Positions 10,640-22,600 of a DNA stretch of 64,000 nucleotides are shown in pieces. The position numbers and the translations under genes are program-made. Position 1 is the first letter of the stretch, and each line of letters begins with the position of its first letter. This DNA is from Perna viridis (lineage: Eukaryota), in NCBI GenBank assembly GCA_037379345.1, contig CM074511.1, positions 55,000,862-55,064,861 of the forward strand. Reading direction: 5' to 3'. The notes under the pieces are model-generated. The model was not told the DNA's origin and searched no databases. It worked only from the letters and a program-made list of their open reading frames with translations.

Positions 10640-13600
10640 CTGCAAAGAGAAATAAAAAATTCCATAACTGGACAGTTCACTTATAGAAACCAACATCTGC
10701 AAAGAGAAATTAAAACTTCCATAACTTGACAGTTAACTTATAGAAACCAGCATCTGCAAAGAGAAATAAGAAAAAGAACCTTAGTAGGAACATAATCCAA
10801 CATGCACTCTTAAGAAAAATTGGTCCCTTATACCTAAATAAAAAATGGTCCCCCTTTACCAATTTCTTAGATATCAATCCCATCCAAGAATTTATTGCTA
10901 CTAACCATTCACCAAAGTTTAAATAAAATCCATACAAAAAAAATAAAGGTTCTATCCAAGCAACAAGCTTACATCATTAATTTAGTACCCCTTGACTGAT
11001 ATCTATGAAAATTAATCCATCCAAAATCTGATAGCTACTTTCCATTCATCACAGTTTGAATGAAACTGGATAAAAAATAGAGGAGCTATCCAGGTGTCTT
11101 AAGTCCCTTCCCATAGAAGATCCCCTTGACCGATGTCTGTGAAAATCAATCCTATCCATGATTTCTTTGCTACTAAACAAGATGGAACAAAATCAATAAA
11201 AAAAATGGAGGCACTATCCAGGCAACAAGAAATTATGATTGAAGTACTGACAGAGGTGTAAAACACACCACTACTTTGTTGCATGGGCTATAATAAACAG
11301 ATATTACAACACACATCATCAAGTGTATAATTATTTGGAAGAAAAAAATTGTGCAGATAGGCATTTTATCAGTTTTGTCACAGTCCATCAGTAAATATCC
11401 GACAAAGAACAGTAGAAACGGTTGTGGACTCTATATTTTAGCTCGACAGCAATCTTATTATAGGCAATGGTTAAAGAGGCTGTCCATGTAAAAATCAGGC
11501 AGATCCTATGATGTTAAATTTTCTCCCATTTAATATTTTGTTCCAATGTAATGTATATATCATATGTATGTCAAATAATAAAATCTGTTTAAAATTGACA
11601 ATGCATTGCTCAAAAATTGACTTTAACTAACAATGCAACCAAATTTTGCTCAAATTAAAGAGTTATCTCCCCCTTTTCAATGAATTTCGATGCTTTCTCT
11701 GTAATTTATTTCCCTTTAATAGTTGAAGTTAATCACAAACCAACCTTCAACTTTGAGAAAGGATGCATTTGTGATATGAAATCGGTGATTTTTTTTTAAA
11801 TCAAAATTTGTCATATGCAACCTACTGGCTGGATTTTACATTGACTCCCTCAAAACAATTTGAACAACTGCAATATGATTTACCAGAAAAAAATAGTCGA
11901 TATGACCATTTCATATCCTCCACATTTACCTTAGACAAACAAGTATGCCCAGTAAATGACCTATAAGAGCCTAGCATATCCACTCTGTTCTGATAGTTAC
12001 AATATTGTTCTGCTAACTGTTGTAATACTGATATCAATCCTTCAGAATCAGGGGTGTCAGGAATAATGTCATATTCAAACTTGTATGGCTTATCTGTAAT
12101 TACAAGAAGAAATGCTAATGCTAGGGTAGATGGGCAGAAAATTCAAAAACTACTGTGCTAGTTCTGTATTGTAATTTTATAGTTTTAGACTAGAATGTGA
12201 TTTTAATTTTTGCATATAAGAGGAAATCCGTCTTCAGAATTTTTTTTATTAGGATTACACCTACTTGCATTTTTTCCCAATAATTAGAAAAAAGAAAATC
12301 TAAAACAATTTTTTAACAACAGTAAGTGCACACTATTTTTTTGGTATCAAAGTAAATGTTTTATGTCAAAATTCAGTGAGGGTTTCAGTTAAAATAAACA
12401 AATCAAAGTGCTGATAGCACTGGCAGTTTTTGATTCTTGTGAAAGTTGTAGCATGGACAAAATTTCAACAATTATATGATATTAAGTAAAATTACGATCA
12501 TACATTGCATTTTAAATACTATTAAGAACTGTCCCTTTTTAATATGTAAAAACTGAAAGTCAATCTATACTACTGATGCAATTTCACATACATTTACATG
12601 TACTAATGTTGTTCCATTTCACTTTTTCCCCCAATTTAAAATCTATCCAAAAGTTAATGTGCATTTACATTGTAAAGCTATATTAACAGAGTATTTATCT
12701 TACATAACAATTTTACTTAAATCAAACCAATATCAGCTGAAGAAAAAATTTCCTTAACACAAGATTTTCAAAATCTAGTCATTTTATCAATTTGAATTTT
12801 CCCACCAATTTACTTGGTTAAAATCACTGCTCTTCACTTCCTGTTTATAAATGACAAAATATTAATGACAGGATGGATAATTTGACTTATAAGTGTGTTA
12901 AGTGGAAATATTTAACACATTTTATACTTCCAGACACATTACTGCAAGAAATTAATTCCCTAAATGTAAATTTATTCCTAAATATCTTTCAAGCAAAAAA
13001 GAAGTCCCTCAAATCTTGAGTTGATAAGAAGACTAGATCTTAATTCAATATGCATTAAATATAGGACATAATTGAGCTGATAAATTGCAAGAGACATATT
13101 TACTTGGTATAAAAGAGGTATTGAATGATATAAAAGGAATTACATTTGGACTATATTTTGTGTAGTGTACAGAAATAGTAGGGAAATTCCAGTGATAGAC
13201 CAGTGACATAAGGTATTTTGATCCCGAAGGATCAAAAACCCAAAAAGGCCAACTTTGTTATTATGTTACAAATCATATTGATGAGTTTGCCAACATATTA
13301 CATGTAAAGGACCTCAATTGTCTATTTCTTTCTTTCCGATGAAAATACCCACGTAGGTTAATATCCAATAGAAGAGTACTGCTGAAAACAGTTGGTGTCA
13401 AATAATTTACTGTAACCATTAATTACCATAGTGTCTACTTTTCATGTATTTTGTGAAATAAACATTCGTTCTGGTATTAATTTTTATGGTTTTGAAAAAG
13501 TACCCATGAATTAAAGCATTACATTCGTATACTATATTATGAGTACTAATATTGCCAGAAAAATTACCAAAATTAGTACAACACAAAAAATACATATACT

Positions 13601-16600
13601 GTGAAAGGGTATCGGGAGGTTTCACCCTAGTTACATGTTCGCCCTGAGTTGTTTCGCCTTGATTGGAGAGTGGCTTCGCCCTTATCAATTAACAGGTAAA
13701 TGATTGATGTTTAATAAATAAACGGTATTTTGATTGTTTTTTCAATTGTTAGGAAAATTAATATAACGGACATTGTTATTACAGAAATATTCTTCAAACA
13801 GTAATTGACAATAGATGTTATTTTCAGCTTTAACTCAGCTTGCAACCTTTTGATCTTCAAACAATTGCCGAAAATGTATAAAAGACATCGAACTGGCATA
13901 TTCATTCTTGAATTCGCATCTTGACATGTCCTTATGGCAGACAACTTGTGTATTTCTTGTAACCAGACAGTTCAACCTCATCAACATGCCATAACTTGTG
14001 ATGCATGTAACAGATGGCAGCACCGTACATGTGACATTTAACTGCAGTGCTTTGTTGTTCTAGTGCTAAGTTCCAGTGCTGGTTGACTATGTATATATAT
14101 GTAAATTGCTGTATTAAAAAAAAACTAAAGAAAGAAAAAAAAAATCATTGACAAAGGGTTCTATTCCCAAGGTCCTAGTCACACCTTCACGTGGTGTCAG
14201 CTGGTAAACAGCATTATCGTTTTCATTTTTTATGAATTTTATGTTGGCTAACATGACAGGGCAATTGTTATTGTTGTTATTTAACAGCAAAAGAACAATA
14301 AAAAAACAACAACAAAAAACAAGACACCCCCCCAGAGCAGGACATGCTTACATTTCTAGTCTTGCATTATTTGGTAGATATTAATTGGTTGTGCAGTTTT
14401 ACATTTGACTTAGTTTATGTACACACAAATTGCATAGGCTTACATGCTTTTTCACAAGAGACATAGAATAATTATAGTGATTAAATTCAATGAAAAAAAT
14501 CAAGAATATTTTTTTATATGGATACTGACATGCATTTTATTTTATTAATAAAGCATCTGAGATCTCTAAATCGTTAAATTCACTATTTTATTTTGATATA
14601 CAAAAATCAGGGCGAAACCACCCATGGCGAACCAGTAGTAGGGCGAAACCACTCGGGTGCGAACCGGAATTAGGGCGAAACAACCCGGATTCCTGTGAAA
14701 GTACATATATTCGTGGGAACAAATTTTCATGGTTTATGGAAAATTGTCAGTTCGAAGACTTTAAAATTTGTGGACTTGACAACACTATCATACATATGAA
14801 TGGAAAATTTCCTTTATATCTGGGAACCAAAAAATTGGTACCTCACGAACAATAGCTCAACCACTGCATATATATTACTAAAGATATATGGAGAAAATAA
14901 GTTGTTACTACATACTACACATTGATACTGGGTCTATATCCTCACTGATGGTAAGACATCTGATCTCTGACACCAAACTTGTGTTCAATCGACTGTAAGG
15001 ACTAATAATTATACCAATATAACTACTGCCACCTTTAGAAAACCATTCCTATAATGAGATGAGACTTTATATTTTACTTTTAGGCTGTTTAATTCAAGTT
15101 TGCGATAGACATTTTGTTTCCATAACAACACTTTATTCAAGTTCACTTTGAAAACTTAAATATCTAGAAGATTATACATAAGGTCTTTTTCATACAAATA
15201 AAATAGTAAAAATGTGTAGTCAGGCACTTACCCCGGTAATATATTTGTTTCTTCTTTCTTTTTTTTGCATTTTAAGTAAAATAAAAATATAAAATAGGAT
15301 AACCATGAAAAACCTAATAGTGCTTAAACATAAACAAATATATGCTGAAAATGATTAGTCCCCTAATGGCAACTTTCATCGAGGGGAACTGTCTGTCTGG
15401 CAAATAAATTTTTTTTAGTCATGCTTGCAGGTAGTCATTAGATAACTGGTACATTCCTCAGCCAAAATAAGTAACAAATCAAGTTCGAATTTGTTCTGGT
15501 TTGTTAATTATTTGGCCCTTGGGCAAATTATACATGAAGGTCATTTTCCATTCTCATCAATAGATACTTCTTCCAGAGAGTACTTTCACCCAATACCCTT
15601 AGAATGATTGTTAAAATCCATTTAAAAGTTTTGAGTTATAATACTACACTTGGTCTTGCTTATAGTAATACCATAATACTAAAATAGAGCATCAGAAGAT
15701 AGGCATACAAAATTACACTGATGATAACAATATATTATCAACCTGAAATTTTAGTTGTGTTTCTATATCCCTCACTGATGGATTGGGTTCAAATGTAGGA
15801 TGTGAATGGTACCATCCTACAACTGACAGACCATACCTCTGTATCTCTTCACTTGCCTGGGTCTGGGAAACTATAATACATGAAAAACCACTACATTGAA
15901 CTATGTTTAAAATATATCTATTGAATATCTCTAGTATATAAGATGAAAATACATGTAGCATATTTACAACTGAAATCATATCAATTGATTGACTATTACC
16001 TAAATGCATTTCTACATATGTTAAATGCATTCATGGATATGAACATTAATTACCTGAAAGAACACATCTATCAACTCTAGTTGTCTTTTGGCTAGCTTAC
16101 AAAATTAACAGCTTCTCATGATGCTCATACCTCCAAAAAGATACAGTAATGTAATTACAAGCCAACTTGACATCAATGGAATTTACAAATACCCATTTCA
16201 ATATCTTTTGTATGACATACCCAGAGGAAACAATGTCAGTATGCACTGTATAAAACAATTAAAAACAATACAACTTCAACAGTATATCGGACATACCTGG
16301 ATCCATTTCACACTGCATCCCAGTACTAATGCTGTTGCATGGAACTGCCATGGAAACATGGAGTTTGCCATCTTCAAACTGACCTCCTAGCATCCCAATT
16401 ATTTCTGTTTTGGCAATGTGAGCATGGACATCCATAATAACAAGAGAAGAATTACTGACTTCTACATCAAATGGTGCCTAAAATTATATATCATATCCTC
16501 GACTCAATGAACATTTATTTTTACTAGTTGGATACTAATTTTCAAGGTTTCGTGGGTAGTGTTAGACCATGAATATAAGATTCTAACAAACAACAATTTC

Positions 16601-19600
16601 TGTTGATGAATGTTCACTCAGTATAATCTTGGTATCATTCCAGTTACAAGAAGAAAGAAGCTATATCAACATCCTGTCACCCTTCATTGTTTAATTAAAA
16701 GGAATATAAATTGTGGTAAATGGACGGAAAGTCACAGGACAAAAAGTCACAATTTCGGTAGGACAAAAAGTCACAGGACAAAAAGTCACAATTTTAGTAG
16801 GACAAAAAGTTACAATACTTTATATAGCACCATAGCCTGTCCTTTTTATGCCAATTTTGCAAAAAGCCAGACATTTACTCATAAAAGCCCTACCATGGAC
16901 AGAGATATATTTTTGGAAAAAATGAAAGTTAGCTGTCTCCTCTGTATTGTTTTCCTTTCTAGAGAAGCCCTGAATTATCCCACTGATTATAAATTGTTAA
17001 ATGTTGTAAAAACTAATTACTAACTATCACCCACAAATTGTTTATTTAACAATTAGATAGTTGTTTTAATTAGTACATGCAGGTCTGTCCAGATGTTCAT
17101 GCATTTCCTTGGAAGCCATACATCTTTAAAATCACACATTGATTGGTCGTACAAATGTATATCCAACAAAAAAGAAGAAAAACAATACTTCAAAACAATC
17201 TTAATACCTTTTTCATAACAATTAAATATTTGCCTGTAAACTTTAGCAAAACTCTTATTATTTTACCATAATTGAAAAAAAAACTATTTGAAAAAAAAAA
17301 TACAAAACTAAAAATTAATCCCCCCAAAAATTAAAAAAAAATATTTCTATTTCATATTTGCCTTAAATATTATCAACATTTTATGATTTGTGACTTTTTG
17401 TCCTGTGACTTTTTGTCCTCAATTTCCACTGTGACTTTTCATCCGTGATTTTTCGTCCGTGACTTTTCGTCCATGACTTTTTGTCCGTGACTTTTCGTCC
17501 TGTGACTTTTTGTCCTGTGACTTTCCGTCCTACATTCTAAACTGTTTACTAACCCCATATAGCCTTAGGGCTACCTAAGTTATGTAATGTTAGTATTAAT
17601 TAACCAATAAGTAACATAGGTATTCTCGACATTTTTCGTATTTCCACTAATAACCATTGTTGTAAAAGTGGCACTCAGTGTTTTACCACTTTATGTTATT
17701 CTTACAAATAGCAATGGCCCCTCAAGTTTTCATTCAAAAGGATTTTGACTAACTGGCACTTTAACCTGAATAATTGGATATGAAAATGGGAATCTTATTT
17801 TCCTGACAAATGTATCATACATATTTCATTTGTAATTAAAATAAAATTATGTAGTAAGGAAGGCCTTTTAAATGTGTTGTGAAACACACATTTGCAAAAA
17901 AAAGACTTAATACTAGCAAAAGTTTTAAACCTTGAGCAAAAATAGCTTTGCTTCACTGATAATTTACAGGAAATGCAGAGAAATTCATTAATTTTCTTTA
18001 ATGAATGACCTATGGACCACAAGTTCAAGTACCAACAAAAATTAATGAAACCATAGTTAATCATAATGTTAAAAAAAATAAGGTTTTCCTTTACACTTAA
18101 ATCAGGAAAATTCTATTACTAACAAAGAGATGTATAGAGAAGAAAAAAAAATATTTGATTTTCCATTGATGAATTAAAAAAAAAAATAAAAGGTACATAC
18201 ACAAGTACCGTTATTTACCAGTGGTTCAAAATAAAATGTTACCATGAAAAGTAATACACATTATTTGTTACACTTTAGGCTCATTTTAACTATAACTGAG
18301 TTAAGACAAAAGATTGAAGAGTCAAATGAAGCTACATATCTAATGAATGATACACCTGTAATCCTTACCTGTTTCTCCCCCGTGAATGTCTCACAAGGAA
18401 TCAGTTTGAAAGGATCATAAATTGTCTTCGCTTCCTTACTGGATTTAGGCTTGTCAATGTCTTCAACTTTCTTATCTTGATGCTGTGAAATAATTTTAAG
18501 ATGAAAAAAAGATTTTAGCAAAATACATGTAGATGATTGTAAATAGAAAAATTAAACAAATCTCCAGGGGTCCAGAATACACAGTACATTGCAAACTAAA
18601 CTAACTTTCAGATCTTTTAGAAAGTAACGAACATTGTTGCACCAGCATTACCAAAAATTACTTCTTTTCATGTACTGCATATTTTGGGATATCATTGCAT
18701 CATTGCAGTATTTTGTAATGTACACATTATGGTAATTAAAACTAGCTTAAAAATTGGTTAAAAAAGATATATGGTAAACAAACATTAACTACTAATTTTA
18801 TCATAGAATTACCTCAATAGTTTTTCCTTGAAGCTCATCAACATCTATCCAATTTCCATAAGCATCCTTCACTTTTCTTTTCCTAGGTCTCTGTGTATGA
18901 AAAAAAAATTCAACAATAAAAACTATTGAAGTACTTTATTTAAACCACTAATTATTTTACTATAAGGAGGTAGACCAAGAGTTAGGGACATAACTCTTGA
19001 AATCTGTGATATGTTTGTATCATATTCAATTTCACCAAAGCCTATCAAGCTTCCATTTGATAAAAATGAAATCAGTCCAAGTTAGGCCAAAAATAAATAA
19101 TTGTTTGTTTCCCCAAACCCGACCCTATCAAGTCATGTGTGGGTAAGGTAGATAGGTAAAATATTTTATTTTTTTGGAAATTTTTTTTTTGGTACTTGTA
19201 AATAGGAAATTACGAACCAGCATTATAGGCTAGTATTTTAAGTTCTACAGTGTATCAATTTATCATTTTCCTCATGTCAGATATGTCAAATAAAAATCAT
19301 TTATTTTATTAGATTTCTCTTAGGTGGTATTTTGCCAATAACAATGCAGCCTCTGCACACTAGTAACACAATATGACATGTTTTAAGGGTCTCCTTGTCC
19401 TTTGTTGCCCCCGCAGCTGCACAAAAGGCAAAGAAAACCATACCATTTAGTACTGAGTTATATAGCTTGCTTTACACAAATATTCAGGCAAAAAAACTGG
19501 TGCTGAAGTAAAACATGGTTTATAATTATTATCCACCATTATCATTTAACTCGGGATATCATGTTTATTACAAAAAACAAATATTGTTGAAAATTAAATG

Positions 19601-22600
19601 TAAATAAAAAATAGCAGGAAAATAACAGCAACTTTGAAAATGGCTGCTCCAATCAAATTTTCAAAATCACCATTCAACTCACGATGACATGTTTTCCTAC
19701 ACATACCAAATTTAATTGAAATCCAAATAATTTTTCAAATGCTCTCCAAAAATGTCAGTAATTTTGAAATGCTACCAAGTAATTGGTAAAGGGGGTATCA
19801 TGCACTAAAGAACGGTGAATGATAATTGATTCCATGGTGCATGGAAAATAAAAGCGAATAAATTACTTAGTTCGTGGGAATAAGAAAGTTACATGCACGA
19901 TTAAATAATGTATCTGAAAAAAAATGGACAAGGATAAACCTAGTATAATTGACATAGTTTGACATCCTCAGTGTCGAGCGATCTGAAACATGTTTTATTG
20001 GTATGTTATATAAGAATTTTACTAAATTATCATGCCGAAGGTTTGGTCTAAAATGTGTAACCTGTACCCGTACCAACTTCTCCCCATACCCAAATACTTT
20101 TTGCCAATTTCTTCATTATCACTTGATATTTCCACCTGAAAGTTGCCTTGGTACACATTTACAAAATGACATGAAAGTTACGCTAAAATTAATGATTTTT
20201 AAAATGTTTGTACCTTGTAGGATGCCGTAAATGGCACACGATTTCTGTCATAATTGATTTTTAATCCTCAAATTTAACTTCATAGCACAGTGCTGGTAGC
20301 AAGATATCACAGTACCGATCTCGATAGTGCTGTAAAGCGCAGCACTTTAAGGGGAGAACACTGGAACGTAATACATATTTACAACATGACATGGTGGTTA
20401 GGCTAGAATTAATGATTTTTAAAATGTTTGTCGAAAAAATATAATTTATTCGATTTTCTGCTTTCAAAAGGTCTAAAATGTGTAACCCGAAATTCCTGTA
20501 CCCAAAATCAAAGTCCGGTATTTTTGTTATCTGTACTAATGTATTGCATATTAGGCAATAAAACATCATTTCATTCAAGATAAATTAAAATAGCATCAGG
20601 CTCTGTTTATGAGATTTTGTTTTTCATTCTAGATAAGATCATATCCATTATTTGCTGGTATGGGGATTGACACTAGGTACGTTACGGAATTCAAACTCAA
20701 TCACTTATCATTTAAAAACAATATCAAATCTTTCAAAACTTAATCTATAGTCTTAAGGGGAAGTTTTAACCTCTTTAATAATTTTAGAAAAATGTAAAAT
20801 TCAGACAGGACAGTGAGAAATAGTCAATAAATAGTTGGGTACAGTAACTTTCAGTCACACATTTTAGACTTTTTGACTTCAGAAAACCAATCAAACAAGA
20901 CATAATAGAAAAATGTACATCATTTTCTTGATTAGAAATACATTGAAACAGACTTTTTCTCATCTCACATGATTTTGAGTTCTTAACATACCGTGAGATT
21001 GAATATTTTAGCAAAACCAAGGATTTATATATAGCTTATATATTTAACTCCTTGGCAAAACAATATGTGGGTACGGGGAAAAGTTCTACAGGTATGGGTT
21101 ACACATTTTAGACCCTACCCCTGCCGATGCCAGTGGTGTTCTTGGTTATTTTAGTTGCCGGACTTTATATGCAGATAAAAGTTTATCAAGACTCGGAAAA
21201 GATAAACAATCCTAATCACGATGAATGAAAGATAAAAAATGTCCGCAACAGTACACGAAAATAACCCTTTATACAGTATACCACCCACTACAAGGAGAGA
21301 AGTATGAGCTGTCTGCTTTTAGGAGACTAGTGTGGGATAGTCCTCTTCAAAACTTTCCTTCTAGGAAAATCTCTGCAATGCATTTGTTACCAAGTTTTTC
21401 TTAAAGTTTCCAGCCAAATAAACGGCTACAGAAACTGACAGAACGGTAATCCGAATAATTCAGTCCTTATATTCCACTCACTATCGATCGCCTCATGAGT
21501 CTGACAGCAATGATGATGGTGAGGGCTTGAATTATTCGAGTTAACAAAACGGCGACTATGTGTTTATTTAAATTTATGAACATCTAGAGGATATGGTAAA
21601 GACCCAAGAAAGCCTAGCCGCATCATCGAGGCATTTTCATCTATGTCGATTACAAAGGTGCTTTTAAGAACAGCGTCCCCTTCTTATGTATTTGAATCCT
21701 CCATTTTATAGGAGCACCACAACATGGATTTTAACAATAAAAAAAAATAATTTCTACATAAAATTGGCAATAAAATTATTATTTTATTTTTGGCCTTATG
21801 GTCTGGTAATAGTACAAAATTACGACACTGCTTAACAAATTTTTCAGTACTTTTTAAACCTCCTACTACCTTTTTTCAGTTTCATAGAGTAAACAACTAA
21901 AATACTAACCATTACATTTACTTTAAGACTTTTGCCCAGTACATCTCTGCTGGTTCTTTCCTTGAAGCCAATTGTTGGTACTTTAACTGGATGGTTATAA
22001 CAACATTGTTCTGAAAAGAGTTTACAAACATGTAGGGTTAATTTTGTTCTTTCCATTTCACAATTGTTGTGCATATGAGAATATACATGTAACCATTGGT
22101 TGTATGACTAAAGTTCTAGAAAATTAAACATCATTTAAACCCAAAGAAAATAAAAACATGAAGATTAATGTAATAATTTTAATAACAAAAATTTTACTAA
22201 ATTTTCTACAAAAAGAGAAAATCACAGCAAAAATATAACATTTTAGAAATAAACCAGAAATAGAAAATTCAGTGTGTTTATTTTTTTATCTGATTATAAA
22301 CACAAAATGAAGAATATTGTCATAATTTCGCTTCCATTGCCTCTTATCAATCAAGATGAAACAACAGAATAAATCTAATGTGTACACTTACCACAACCAA
22401 AATTTATAGCACCAATACACTCTAAGTAAGCATGGATTCTACCAATACAGTTAACGTCACCACAATTCTTCAAACCAGGTCTTACAGAGGTCTTATTCAG
22501 GTAGTTAGGTTTTGACTTAGTCCTGCAGAGCAAATTATGATGAAACAGTAGCCATGTTACATTAAACTTTAGTTTTTTGTAAATTGAATCAAGTCCTATT

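Noticed and set aside
16610-17023. 137-aa ORF with RTKSH repeats, and most other 60-110-aa ORFs in the track
   Set aside because: They are translations of transposon subterminal repeats, antisense shadows of real exons, or random AT-rich intron sequence.
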